DNA from: an uncultured Acidobacteriota bacterium
GTDB taxonomy: Bacteria; Acidobacteriota; Thermoanaerobaculia; UBA5066; DATFVB01
Length of the DNA stretch: 64,000 nt
Direction: 5' to 3'
NCBI GenBank assembly: GCA_963813155.1
Contig: CAWEYG010000003.1
Coordinates: 864,001 to 928,000 of the forward strand
The position numbers were made by a program, and so were the translations under genes. Each line of letters begins with the position of its first letter. Positions within the stretch are counted from its first letter, which is position 1. Under the pieces are notes generated by a model that saw only the letters and a program-made list of their open reading frames with translations, searched no databases and had not been told where the DNA came from. Below are positions 1-10,175 of the stretch, in pieces.

Positions 1-150
1 GCGGCTGTGTTCGCGGCGTGCGACGGTTATCGGTTCGCCCGGCGCGAAACCCGGCGGGAACAGGCGGCCGAATCGCTGGCGGCCGCGCGCCGCGCCGCGG
101 CCGGGATCCGCCGATCGACCGAGCCGCCCCCGCAGGAATTGTCCGCATGA
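1..150 (+). CDS. 3' end of a gene upstream of batA (partial, bat-operon accessory protein)
   Basis: Open frame 1 (AAVFAACDGYRFARRE...QELSA*) ends in a TGA that overlaps the batA ATG (ATGA at 147-150). Confidence 0.55.
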   Translation, partial: AAVFAACDGYRFARRETRREQAAESLAAARRAAAGIRRSTEPPPQELSA

Positions 151-1154
151 TCTCCTTTGCGCGGCCCTGGGCCTTCGCGATTCTCGTCGTCCCCGCCGCC
201 GCGGTCTGGTGGCGGCACTGGCGGCGGCGATCCGGCCTCGAAGTCCTCGAGGTGCCCGATCTTCCACGCGTGCGCCGCTCTCTCGCCGGCTTCCTGTGGC
301 CGGTTCCCTCCGTGCTCTCTTTTCTGGCCGTTGCCGCCGCGGCGGTCGCGCTCGCGGGGCCGCGCCGCTTCGAGCGTCGGCCGATCGATCCCGGCTGGGG
401 GGCGAACATCGCGATCGCGCTGGACGTCTCGGGCTCGATGTCCGCCGAGGACTTTCAGCCGCGAAACCGCCTCGAGGTCGCGCGTTCGGTCGTCGCCGAT
501 TTCATCCGCGGCCGAACGGCCGATTCGATCGCGCTTCTCGCGTTCGCGGGGGCGGCCCGGACGGTCTGCCCGTCGACGGACGACCGCGACACGCTGCTCG
601 CTCTCCTCGCGCAAACGGACGGTTCGAAGCTCCCGGACGGCACGGCGATCGGAAACGCGATCGCGACGGCCGTGTCGAGGCTCAAGGACCTCCCCGGCAA
701 GAGCAAGGTTCTCGTTCTCGTGACCGACGGAGGCAACAACTCGGGCCAGATCGATCCCGAGACCGCCGCCGGAATCGCGCGGGCCTACGGGATTCGCATC
801 CACACGATCGCCGTCGGGCGGGGCGGCCGCGTCCCCATCACGCTGACGATGCGCGACCCGCTCACGGGAAAGTCGGTGAAGCGGCGAATCGAGGCGGACG
901 TCGAGGTCGACGAGGAGCTCCTTCGGAAGATCTCCGCCGCGACGGGGGGAAGATCCTTCCGCGCAACCGACTCCGCGACACTCGCGTCGATCTTCCGGGA
1001 GATCGACGGCCTCGAGAAAACGCCCGTGCCGGCGAAATTCGAGATCGTCGCGCACGACCTGAGCGGCCTGCCCGCGAGAGCCGCGGGCGCGCTCCTGCTC
1101 GCGGCCCTGCTGCTGGCCGCAGGACCCCTCCGGGTCGAGACAGAGGCCGCGTGA
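147..1154 (+). CDS. batA: BatA-like VWA domain membrane protein
   Basis: N-terminal F..PW hydrophobic segment, MIDAS DVSGSM, DGTAIG and TDG motifs, C-terminal TM; ATG at 147 preferred over 18. Confidence 0.85.
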   Translation: MISFARPWAFAILVVPAAAVWWRHWRRRSGLEVLEVPDLPRVRRSLAGFLWPVPSVLSFLAVAAAAVALAGPRRFERRPIDPGWGANIAIALDVSGSMSAEDFQPRNRLEVARSVVADFIRGRTADSIALLAFAGAARTVCPSTDDRDTLLALLAQTDGSKLPDGTAIGNAIATAVSRLKDLPGKSKVLVLVTDGGNNSGQIDPETAAGIARAYGIRIHTIAVGRGGRVPITLTMRDPLTGKSVKRRIEADVEVDEELLRKISAATGGRSFRATDSATLASIFREIDGLEKTPVPAKFEIVAHDLSGLPARAAGALLLAALLLAAGPLRVETEAA

Positions 1155-1161
1155 GGCCCGC

Positions 1162-2106
1162 ATGAGGTGGGCCGAACCGGTCTGGCTCTGGGGCGTGCTC
1201 GGAGCCGCCGGCGTCGGAGTGCTGCTCCGCTCCGCGCAGCTTCGCGCGCTGCGGATGAGCCGGCGCATCGATCCGCGCTTCCGCGGCCGCGGGGCCTGGC
1301 GGGCCTGCGTGCTTCCGGCCGCGAGCCTCGCTCTCGTTTTCGCCGCGCTCGCCCGGCCGCAGTGGGGGTACCGGCGCGTCGCGTCGGCGACGGCGGAAAG
1401 CGATGCCGTGCTCGTCTTCGATACTTCCGGGTCGATGCTCACCCGTGACGTCGCGCCGGACCGGTTTTCGCGCGAAAAGCTCTTCGTCCGCGACCTCCTT
1501 CGCGACCTTCCCGACACGGTGCGCGTCGGCCTCGTCCGCGTCGAAGGGGAAGGTTCCGTCGTCTCCCCCCTCACGCTCGACCGCGATTCGCTGCGAAATT
1601 CGCTCGACGAGCTCGCTCCCCGCGGATCCGAGACCCCCGGCTCAGATCTCGGAAACGGCATCCGCAAGGCGACTGCTCTTCTTTCGGCGCGAGGGTCGCG
1701 CGCCCGCTCGATCGTTTTCCTCTCGGATGGAGAGGACCTCGACGACGGTCTCGATGCCGCGATTCGCGAGGCGCAGCGCCGGGGAATCGTCGTCGACACG
1801 GTCTGCTCCGGCACCCCCGGCGGGGGGCCCGTGCCCGCGCGGGGCGGAGGTTTTCTCTCGGAAGGAGGCGGCCCGGTCGTGTCGCACGCGCATCCGGAAA
1901 AGATGAGGGCGATCGCCGCGAGCTCGGGAGGCGCGTTCGTCACTCCCGACGACTCTCCGAAGATCTTCGCGGCGAAACTGCGAACCCCCGGACGCTCGGG
2001 GCGGGGATGGACGAACCGCGAGCCGGCGGAGCGCTCCCCGTGGGCGCTGGGTTTGGCGATCGTCGCGTGGGCGGCGTGCCAGCTGCCGGTCCGGGAGCGG
2101 TCGTGA
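1162..2106 (+). CDS. batB: BatB-like VWA domain protein
   Basis: ALARPQWG, DTSGSM, SDGED motifs; follows batA. Confidence 0.8.
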   Translation: MRWAEPVWLWGVLGAAGVGVLLRSAQLRALRMSRRIDPRFRGRGAWRACVLPAASLALVFAALARPQWGYRRVASATAESDAVLVFDTSGSMLTRDVAPDRFSREKLFVRDLLRDLPDTVRVGLVRVEGEGSVVSPLTLDRDSLRNSLDELAPRGSETPGSDLGNGIRKATALLSARGSRARSIVFLSDGEDLDDGLDAAIREAQRRGIVVDTVCSGTPGGGPVPARGGGFLSEGGGPVVSHAHPEKMRAIAASSGGAFVTPDDSPKIFAAKLRTPGRSGRGWTNREPAERSPWALGLAIVAWAACQLPVRERS

Positions 2107-2720
2107 AAAAGGCGGCCGCGGCGCTCCTCGCCCTCGGGTCGATCTTCTCTCCCGCTCGCCGGGCCGCGAAGAAAGGCGTGGAGGATTTCCGCGCGAAACG
2201 CGTCGCGGAGGCCCAACGCGATTTTCGCGAGGCGGAGAGGCGCGAGCCGAACGAGCCGGCCTGGAACTTCAATCTCGGCACCGCGAACGCGGCCGCCGGG
2301 GATCACGCAGCGGCTCGGGCGGAGCTCGCGAAGGCGGCGCAGTCGAGCGATCCGGCCGTCGCCGCCAGAGCCCTCTACCAGATCGGCACACTCGACCTGC
2401 AGGAGGGCAACTACCCGGACGCGGCCAACGAGCTCCGCCGGAGCCTCGAGATCGTCCCCGGCGACGCCGACGCGAAGCGAAATTTCGAGATCGCCGCTCG
2501 CAATCGCGACCAGAAACCTCCCCCGCCGCCGAAAGGAGGCGGGGGAGGCAAAGAACCGCCGAAGGGCGAGAAGAAACCCGAGCATCGCCCGGACGACTCC
2601 GACTTCCGCCGAAAGGCCGGCATGACGCGGGCGGAAGCCGAAGCGATGCTGCGGAGCCTCGAAAACGAACAGAAACAGAAGGAACGGGTCTCGGCCCGGG
2701 AAGAGGGAAAAGACTGGTGA
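2103..2720 (+). CDS. batC: BatC-like TPR protein
   Basis: TPR motifs (FNLGTA, YQIGT, DADAKRNFE), C-terminal KDW; GTG overlaps the batB stop. Confidence 0.75.
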   Translation: MKKAAAALLALGSIFSPARRAAKKGVEDFRAKRVAEAQRDFREAERREPNEPAWNFNLGTANAAAGDHAAARAELAKAAQSSDPAVAARALYQIGTLDLQEGNYPDAANELRRSLEIVPGDADAKRNFEIAARNRDQKPPPPPKGGGGGKEPPKGEKKPEHRPDDSDFRRKAGMTRAEAEAMLRSLENEQKQKERVSAREEGKDW

Positions 2721-4288
2721 GGTGGGCGCGGGTTTCGGTTCTTGTCGCCGCCCTTCTGTGCTCGCGCGGCTCGATCGCGGCCGAGACGCCCTCCCTCTCG
2801 GCACGGCTCGAGCCGGACCGCCTTGCGGCCGGGGAAATGACGACCCTTCAGATCACGATCTCCGGCTCCGTCCGGCTCAAGAGCGCCCCCGATCTCGCGC
2901 TCCAGAATTTCCAGCTCATTGCCGGACCTTCGATCGAGAACCGGTTCGAGTGGATCAACGGAAGGAGCTCGAACCAGACGATCCTGATCTACCGCCTGCG
3001 CGCGTTGAAGCCGGGGTCTGCATCGGTCGGCCCGGTTCGCGTTTCCGGCGCGGCCGGCGAGACCCTCGAGGCGCCGCAGGCGACGGCTACCGTCGAGAAG
3101 CCCGGCGAACCGGCGGCCGAGGCGCGCCCCGGGCCGGTCTCCTCCGACCCCGCTCTCGTCGCGCGCCTCGATCCTTCCCGGCCGTACGCCGGGCAGCAGG
3201 CCGTCTGGACGCTTTATCTCGTCACGCGGGGCCGGGCCACGCAGGGAGAGATCAAGTCCCTTCCCGACTTCAAGGGATTCTGGGCGGAGGATCTCGACCG
3301 GGACCCGAATGTCATGCCCCAGGTCTGGAACATCGCGGGCGTGAGCTGGCACGCGTATCCGATGATCCGCAAGGCCCTCTTCGCGAACCGGCCGGGCGCG
3401 ATTTCCATCGGCGCCGCCCGCGCGCTGATCGCGGTCCGTTCCGATTTCTTCGATCTGTTCGGCGATTCGCCGTTTTCGGAATCCCGGCCGGTCGAGAAGG
3501 AAGCGGCGCCGGTCGCGACGGCCTTCCGTCCGCTGCCCGAGAGCGGCGATCGCCTGCCGGTCGGAAGCTTCACCCTGAAGAGCTCGTTGGACCGGAGGGA
3601 TGTCGCGCCGGGAGGATCCTTTTCCGTGACCGCCTCGCTGTCAGGCGACGGGCGCCTGGCGGACGTGGCGGCGCCCGGCCTCTCGATCGCGGGCGCGAAG
3701 ATCTCCGAACCGGAGTCGCGGCTCTCCATTCGCAGGAGCTCGCAGCGGCTGTCGTCGACGCGAAGCTGGCAGTGGGTCGTCACGCCGGAGAAACCGGGCA
3801 TCCTGACCGTGCCGGCCTTTCGAATCTCGACCTTCAACCCCGTCACGGGAAGCGTGGCGGAGGTCGCTTCCCCGTCGATGGACGTTCGCGCCGCCGGACC
3901 GCTCGCGCCCGAGACGCCCGCCGCTCCGATCCTCCCTTCGCCGCCCGCCCACAGCGCGTTTCCGGCGCCCGCCGTCCTCGTCCCGGGTCTCGCGGCCGCC
4001 GCCCTGCTGCTCGTCGCGGCGGGTTATCGGCTCGGCCGGGCGCGAAATTCCGGCCCCGGACCGGAACGGCCGGAGGGGACTCCGGAGGAGAGAATCGCGT
4101 CGCTGCTCGCGGCCCTCGCGGCGAAGGCGAGCCGGCGGGGGGGAACGGCCCCGGGCGAAATCGCGCGCCTGCGCGACGAGCTCGCGCGGATCGCCTACTC
4201 GCCGCAGCTGTCCTCGCGGGAGGAAGCTCTCGAGGAACTCGAGACGGAGACTCTCCAGCTGGCAAGACGCTGGAAGGTCCGAATATAG
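2717..4288 (+). CDS. batD: BatD family protein
   Basis: Signal peptide, beta-rich repeats (ING..S, YAGQQ, VGSFTL), C-terminal TM; operon position. Confidence 0.8.
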   Translation: MRWARVSVLVAALLCSRGSIAAETPSLSARLEPDRLAAGEMTTLQITISGSVRLKSAPDLALQNFQLIAGPSIENRFEWINGRSSNQTILIYRLRALKPGSASVGPVRVSGAAGETLEAPQATATVEKPGEPAAEARPGPVSSDPALVARLDPSRPYAGQQAVWTLYLVTRGRATQGEIKSLPDFKGFWAEDLDRDPNVMPQVWNIAGVSWHAYPMIRKALFANRPGAISIGAARALIAVRSDFFDLFGDSPFSESRPVEKEAAPVATAFRPLPESGDRLPVGSFTLKSSLDRRDVAPGGSFSVTASLSGDGRLADVAAPGLSIAGAKISEPESRLSIRRSSQRLSSTRSWQWVVTPEKPGILTVPAFRISTFNPVTGSVAEVASPSMDVRAAGPLAPETPAAPILPSPPAHSAFPAPAVLVPGLAAAALLLVAAGYRLGRARNSGPGPERPEGTPEERIASLLAALAAKASRRGGTAPGEIARLRDELARIAYSPQLSSREEALEELETETLQLARRWKVRI

Positions 4289-4309
4289 GCTGTGTTAAAC
4301 TTTTTTGAC

Positions 4310-5449
4310 ATGTCCTCGGTCTGCACGCTCGAGAACCGCCGCCTGGAGGGCTTTCTCGAAAGGCACAAGGCGTATTACCCCTACTCGGGGGAGATCGAGA
4401 TCGACCGTTTCTTGAGGGAGATTCTCCAGAAGGCCAACGAATTCGTCCCGTCGGAAGCCGGATCGATCCTCCTCGACGACCCCGCGACCAAGAACAACGA
4501 CGACCGGTCGGAGAGCGATCTCGTCTTCATCGCCACGTTCGGCGCTCACGCGACGAAGATCCTCGGCCAGAGGATGAGCGCCCGCATCGGGATCGTCGGG
4601 CACGTCTACGTCAGCGGTGTGGGCTACATGACGCCGGACGTTGTCGACGATCCGTATTTCTATCCCTCGATCGACATGACGACCCAGGAACAGACGCGAT
4701 CCGTCCTGTGCGTGCCGATCAAGATCGAGTCTGCCGTGTGCGGCGTCCTGGAGCTGATCAATCGCGAGGGGTCTCAGGGGTTCGTGGGAAAGGACCGGCG
4801 CCTTCTGGAGATTTTCGCCGACCACGCGTCGATCTCGATCCAGAACCTCCTCGACGCTCGGCGGGCGCACGAGGTCGCCAAGCGGGACGGCCTGACGGGT
4901 CTTTACAACGACCGGTACCTCCACCTGAAACTCTCGCAGGACCTCTCGCGGCTCGCGAGAGACGGAGGAGATCTCTCGCTCATCTTTCTCGATCTCGACA
5001 ATCTGAAATCGGTCAATGACCGGTTCGGCCACCTGGCCGGAAGCCAGGTCCTCCGGGAAATCGGATACATCCTGAGCAAGACGATCACCGACGATCGGGC
5101 GACCCTGACTCGCTACGGCGGGGACGAGTTCGTTCTGGTTCTGCCGGGCCTCGAGCTCGAAGAGGCGTTCCGTCTCGCGGAAGAGGTCCGCGAAGCGATC
5201 GCCGCGGCCGTGTACCTATCCCGGCCGTACGGATTCAACGAGCCCGCGCTGTCGCTCCGCAAGTTATCGGCGTCGTTGGGCGTCGCCTCGGTTCGGAGTC
5301 AGACGACGCTCGGGGCGCCGGTGGAGCAGCAGAAGAACGAGCTGCTCCGGGCCGCGGACGCCGCGATGTACCGCGCCAAAGAAACCGGAAAGAACCAGTC
5401 CCAGATGGCCCCGCCGGGAGTCCGGCGGGCCGCCGTCAGCGCCGTCTGA
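4310..5449 (+). CDS. GAF-sensor diguanylate cyclase
   Basis: GAF domain (TRSVLCVP, GVLELIN) plus DGLTGLYN, DLDNLKSVND and GGDEF motifs. Confidence 0.9.
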   Translation: MSSVCTLENRRLEGFLERHKAYYPYSGEIEIDRFLREILQKANEFVPSEAGSILLDDPATKNNDDRSESDLVFIATFGAHATKILGQRMSARIGIVGHVYVSGVGYMTPDVVDDPYFYPSIDMTTQEQTRSVLCVPIKIESAVCGVLELINREGSQGFVGKDRRLLEIFADHASISIQNLLDARRAHEVAKRDGLTGLYNDRYLHLKLSQDLSRLARDGGDLSLIFLDLDNLKSVNDRFGHLAGSQVLREIGYILSKTITDDRATLTRYGGDEFVLVLPGLELEEAFRLAEEVREAIAAAVYLSRPYGFNEPALSLRKLSASLGVASVRSQTTLGAPVEQQKNELLRAADAAMYRAKETGKNQSQMAPPGVRRAAVSAV

Positions 5450-5529
5450 AGGTTCGCTCGCCGCGCTCTCGAGATTTGAAACCGCCGCGGTGCCCGTGGT
5501 ATTTTCAAGTGTTTTCGTGAGGTGAATTC

Positions 5530-6885
5530 ATGACGTCTCTGGCCAATCGCCGCGAAGTGGAAGCCCGGGAGGTGCTCGACAGCCTGTCCCGGCACATCCT
5601 GGTCGACGGGTACCACGTCGTCATGGACCTCGCGAAGAGCCGCGGTTCCTATCTCTACGACGCCCGAAGCGAGCGCTACATCCTCGACTTTTTCACGAGC
5701 TTCGCGACGTGCCCGATCGGGTACAACCACCCGAAGCTCCGAACGATCGAATTTCGCGAACGCCTCGCCGACGTCGCAACGAACAAGCCGGCCAACAGCG
5801 ACATCTATACCCGGACGTACGCGAACTTCGTCGAGACGTTCGCTCGAATCGCGATTCCCGAGAGCCACTCCAAACATCTCTTCTTCGTCGAAGGGGGCTC
5901 CGTCGCGGTCGAGAACGCGCTGAAAACGGCGTTCGACTGGAAGGTGCGCAAGAACTTCGCCAAGGGCATCCGGGAGGAAAAGGGGCACCAGATCCTCCAT
6001 TTCCAGCATGCGTTCCACGGCCGCACCGGCTACACGCTCTCGCTCACGAACACGGCCGATCCGCGAAAAACGCAGTACTTCCCGAAGTTCGACTGGCCGC
6101 GGATCAGCTGTCCGAAGCTTTCGTTCCCCGTCACCGACGCGGTCCTCCAGCGGGTCGCCGCGGCCGAGAACCAGGCCGTCGCCGAGATCGAGTCCGCGCT
6201 GCGGGAGCGCAAGGACGACATCGCCGGGCTCATCATCGAGCCGATTCAGGGCGAGGGGGGCGACAACCATTTCCGCCCCGAGTTCTTCCGAAAGCTCCGG
6301 GAGCTCGCCGACGAGCACGAGTTCCTTCTGATCTGCGACGAGGTGCAGACGGGCGTGGGAATGACGGGCACGATGTGGGGATGGCAGAACATGGGGATCG
6401 TCCCCGACATTTTCGCTTTCGGCAAGAAGACGCAGGTCTGCGGAATCGCCGTCAATTCCCGGGTCGACGACGTCGACTCGGTCTTCAAGGTTTCGTCGCG
6501 GATCAATTCGACGTGGGGAGGAAACCTCGTCGACATGCTCCGGGCGACGCGATATTTCGAGATCATCGCCGCGGAGAACCTGGTCGAGAACGCGCGGACG
6601 GTCGGCGAGCACCTCCTCCTGAAACTCCGGGCGCTCGCGGAAGAGATGCCGAAAACCGTTTCGAACGTCCGGGGCCGCGGTCTGTTCATCGCCCTCGACC
6701 TGCCCGATGGCGAATCGCGGGGCAAGGCGCTGTCCGCGTGCATGGACAACGACCTCATGGCGCTCGCCTCGGGATCCGCCGCGATCCGGATGCGCCCGCC
6801 GCTCACGCTGTCGATCGCGGAAGCCGACGAAGCCGTTGAAAAGCTCGCCCGGTCGCTGAAGAGTCTCGGGACAATAACTGCCTAG
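5530..6885 (+). CDS. lat: L-lysine 6-transaminase (class III aminotransferase)
   Basis: EPIQGEGGDNH, DEVQTG, FGKKTQVCG, SRINSTWGG motifs typical of Lat; GAGGTG SD. Confidence 0.88.
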   Translation: MTSLANRREVEAREVLDSLSRHILVDGYHVVMDLAKSRGSYLYDARSERYILDFFTSFATCPIGYNHPKLRTIEFRERLADVATNKPANSDIYTRTYANFVETFARIAIPESHSKHLFFVEGGSVAVENALKTAFDWKVRKNFAKGIREEKGHQILHFQHAFHGRTGYTLSLTNTADPRKTQYFPKFDWPRISCPKLSFPVTDAVLQRVAAAENQAVAEIESALRERKDDIAGLIIEPIQGEGGDNHFRPEFFRKLRELADEHEFLLICDEVQTGVGMTGTMWGWQNMGIVPDIFAFGKKTQVCGIAVNSRVDDVDSVFKVSSRINSTWGGNLVDMLRATRYFEIIAAENLVENARTVGEHLLLKLRALAEEMPKTVSNVRGRGLFIALDLPDGESRGKALSACMDNDLMALASGSAAIRMRPPLTLSIAEADEAVEKLARSLKSLGTITA

Positions 6886-6901
6886 CAAGCTCCCTCCCCT
6901 G

Positions 6902-7516
6902 GTGCTCGCATCCGCCTCGCCGCGCCGGGCGGAGATCCTTTCTTCGCTCGGAATCGCGTTTCGTGTCCTCGTGTCCCGACGCAGCGAAACCCTTCGCCGG
7001 GGCGAGGACGCTCCGTCGGCCGTCCGACGCCTCGCGCGGGAGAAAGGACAGCAGGTGTTCGCGAACGCGGGCGGGCGCGCCGTCCTCGCCGCCGACACGC
7101 TCGTCTACCGCGGCACGAACATCTTCGGGAAGCCGGCCGGCCGCGCGAGAGCGGCCGCCATGCTCGAAGAGCTCTCGGGGAAGACCCACTACGTCGCGAC
7201 CGGCGTCTGCCTCATCACCCCCGACCGGCTCATGGAACGCACGGCCGTTTCCCAGGTCCGCTTCGCCCCGCTGTCGCCGGCCGAAATCGCCTGGTACGTC
7301 TCGACCGAGGAGCCGCTCGACAAGGCCGGAGGGTACGCGGTCCAGGGCCTCGGCGCGAGGTTCATCCAGGAGATCCGGGGCTCCTACAGCAACGTCGTCG
7401 GCCTTCCGGCCCGCGAGGTCTACGAGATGCTTCTCGAAGCGGGACTCGGGCCGCTCGCGATGCCGGCGCGTCTCCCCGACCCCGCGCCGAAGGGCGCGCG
7501 CCGGCCGAAGCGGTGA
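6902..7516 (+). CDS. maf: Maf family nucleoside triphosphate pyrophosphatase
   Basis: LASASPRR, ADT, GKP, DKAGGY, NVVGLP motifs. Confidence 0.9.
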   Translation: MLASASPRRAEILSSLGIAFRVLVSRRSETLRRGEDAPSAVRRLAREKGQQVFANAGGRAVLAADTLVYRGTNIFGKPAGRARAAAMLEELSGKTHYVATGVCLITPDRLMERTAVSQVRFAPLSPAEIAWYVSTEEPLDKAGGYAVQGLGARFIQEIRGSYSNVVGLPAREVYEMLLEAGLGPLAMPARLPDPAPKGARRPKR

Positions 7517-8019
7517 TTCCGATCGTCTTCGCCCCGACGATCTCCGCGGCAAAGCGGGCCGGGCGCGGCCGGAGAGAATTTCTCCCCGCCTCGCCGAAGA
7601 GCGACGGCGCGCTCGACCGGGCCCTCTCGGAAGGCCTGCCCGTTCGGTTCTGCGCCCCGAAGTCGGCTTCGAAATTCTGGAAGCTCGTCCGCCGACGCTA
7701 CCGGCTTCCCGCGCCCCCGCCGGTCCTGCGGGATGCCATCGGCGGCATCGCCCGCCACAGCGCCGCGGACGGAACGTCCCGGAATCTGCCCGGCAGGCCG
7801 CCCGGCGGTCGGTTGCAGGCTCTCTGGATCGAGGGGTCGCTCTCCGATTCCCGGGCGCGGGCGCTGCTTCGGGAGACGGGCGAGATCCGGCTCTGGGTGA
7901 TCGAAGACTTTCGCCAATTGCGCGTTTCCGACGCTCTCCTTTCCCGGGCGGAGCGAGCCGGAATCCGCATCGCCGCGATCCGACCGCTTCGCGCTTCGGT
8001 GTTAAGATTCCGGGCATGA
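7513..8019 (+). CDS. hypothetical protein
   Basis: 168-aa ORF with 4-nt overlaps to maf and to the next gene; no recognisable motif. Confidence 0.5.
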   Translation: MIPIVFAPTISAAKRAGRGRREFLPASPKSDGALDRALSEGLPVRFCAPKSASKFWKLVRRRYRLPAPPPVLRDAIGGIARHSAADGTSRNLPGRPPGGRLQALWIEGSLSDSRARALLRETGEIRLWVIEDFRQLRVSDALLSRAERAGIRIAAIRPLRASVLRFRA

Positions 8020-9353
8020 AACGCATTCTTTCCGCGGTCGTCCTCGCCGCTTGCTCGGTTTCCTCGCTCCGAGCGGCCGCGCCGAAGACGGAACCGCTCC
8101 CCTTCCTCCAGGACGACTACCCGCAGGCGCTGTCCCGCGCGCGGGCCAAGAAGCTTCCGATCTTCGCGGAGGCCTGGGCCCCCTGGTGACACACCTGCCG
8201 CTCGATGAGGGCTTTCGTCTTCACCGATGAATCCCTCTCGAAGCGCGCCGGACAGTTCGTCTGGCTTTCGGTCAACACGGAGCTCGCGAAAAACACCGGG
8301 TTCCTCAAGAAGTACACGGTTCAGGCCTACCCTTCCTTTTTCGTGATCAGCCCGGAGACGGAGACGGTCGCGTATCGCTGGATGGGCGGAGCGACCGTCG
8401 CGCAGCTGCAGAAAATCCTCGACGACGGCCGGCGGGCGGTTCGTCCCGGCCGCGGGGATTTCGAGACGGCGCTCGCCCGCGCGGACCGGCTCTACGGCGC
8501 CGGGAAGAACGCCGAGGCCGCGGACTCGTACCGCCGCGCTCTCTCGCTCGCCCCGAAGGGGTGGGATCGCTACGGGCGGACCGTGGAATCGCTTTTGTTC
8601 GCGCTGGACAGCACGCACGACGCCGAGGGGTGCGCTCGCGCCGCGTTCGAGGCCTATCCGAAACTCTCCCGCTCGGCGTCGCTCGCGAACGTCGCGGCCG
8701 CGGGGCTCGGATGCGCTCTCGAGCTCCCGGCCGAAAAGCCCGGGCGCGCGCAGCTCGTGGCCTCGCTCGAGAAGGCGACGCTCGAGTCGATGGCGAACCC
8801 GCGTCTCGTCATGTCCGCCGACGACCGGTCGAGCCTCTACCAGGTCCTCATCGACGCCCGCGAAGACGCGAAAGACGAGGCCGGCCAGCGCAAGACGACG
8901 GAAGAGTGGTCCGCGTTCCTCGACGCCGAGGCGGCTCGCGCGAAGACCGTGGAGCAGAGATCCTCGCTCGATCCCCACCGGCTCCTCGCCTATCTCGCGC
9001 TGAAGACTCCGGAGAAGGCCGTGCCGATGCTCGAAGCGTCGGAGCGCGACCTGCCCCAGGACTACAACCCGCCGGCCCGGCTCGCGCTCGCATACAAGAA
9101 CATGGGGAAATTCGACGATGCGCTCGCCGCCTCCGACCGGGCGTTGTCGAAGGCCTACGGGCCCCGAAAGGTCGGCATCCTGAGGACCCGCGCGGACATT
9201 TACCAGGCCATGGGCAAGCCCGAGATGGCGGCATCGACCCTCGAAGACGCGATCGGATACTCGGAAAAGCTGCCGGACGAGCAGAAGTCCGACGCGCAGA
9301 TCGCGTCCCTCCGAAAAAAGCTCGCCGAAGTGCGCAACCCGGCCAAACCGTGA
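8016..9353 (+). CDS. Exported thioredoxin-fold/TPR protein, predicted selenoprotein (in-frame TGA 8187-8189, WAPW-U-HTC)
   Basis: Signal peptide MKRILSAVVLAAC..., then ARAKKLPIFAEAWAPW-TGA-HTCRSM continues in frame into ORF 8205-9353 (Trx-like YPSFFVI plus TPR helices). Confidence 0.85.
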
Positions 9354-9368
9354 GAGAGTTGCCGCTGG

Positions 9369-10175
9369 ATGTACAACGACTACTACGGGTTCCGCGAATC
9401 TCCGTTTAACATCACTCCCGACCCCCGCTTCCTCTTCTTCAGCGAACAGCACCGGGAAGCTTTCAACCACATCCTCTTCGGCATTCGCGAGAGGAAGGGG
9501 TTCATCCAGATCACGGGCGAGGTCGGAGCCGGGAAGACGACCGTGTGCCGCTCGATCCTGGAGCAGCTCGGAGAGAACTACAAGACCGCGTTGATCCTGA
9601 ATCCGCGGCTGACGAGCGCCCAGCTGCTTCGCGGAATCCTGGCCGAGCTCGGGCTGCCGCCGCGCCGCGCCGACCGCGCCGCCGGGCTCGAGGCGCTCAA
9701 CCGGTTTCTCCTGGAACAGGCCGAGGCCGGCCGCGACGTGGTCCTCATCATCGACGAGGCGCAGGACCTCGGAGACGACCTGCTCGAAGACGTGCGGCTC
9801 CTGTCCAATCTCGAAACCGACCGGCGAAAGCTTCTCCAGATCGTCCTGATCGGCCAGCCGGAGCTCCGAGAGAAGCTGAACGCCCAGGAGCTTCGCCAGC
9901 TCCGCCAGCGGATCACCGTCCGCTACCACCTCGACCCGCTGTCGCGCGCGGACACGGAGCGCTACATCCAGCACCGCCTTCAGATCGCGGGCGGCAACGG
10001 ACGGCCCGACTTCAGCGGCTGGGCGATTCGAAGCATTCACCGTTATTCGAAGGGCGTGCCCCGCCTCATCAACGCCGTCTGCGACAAGACGCTGCTCTGC
10101 GGGTTCGTCACGGGCGACGACCATCTGACATCGAGCCACGTTCGCCGGGCCGTGCGGGAACTGGAAGGAAGATGA
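9369..10175 (+). CDS. ExeA/GspA-like AAA ATPase
   Basis: PFNITPDPRF, Walker A GEVGAGKT, IIDEAQ, LIGQPEL, GVPRLIN. Confidence 0.88.
   Translation: MYNDYYGFRESPFNITPDPRFLFFSEQHREAFNHILFGIRERKGFIQITGEVGAGKTTVCRSILEQLGENYKTALILNPRLTSAQLLRGILAELGLPPRRADRAAGLEALNRFLLEQAEAGRDVVLIIDEAQDLGDDLLEDVRLLSNLETDRRKLLQIVLIGQPELREKLNAQELRQLRQRITVRYHLDPLSRADTERYIQHRLQIAGGNGRPDFSGWAIRSIHRYSKGVPRLINAVCDKTLLCGFVTGDDHLTSSHVRRAVRELEGR

Noticed and set aside
4310-5449. Missing RxxD I-site in the diguanylate cyclase
   Set aside because: Visible in the sequence, but common among GGDEF proteins and not notable alone
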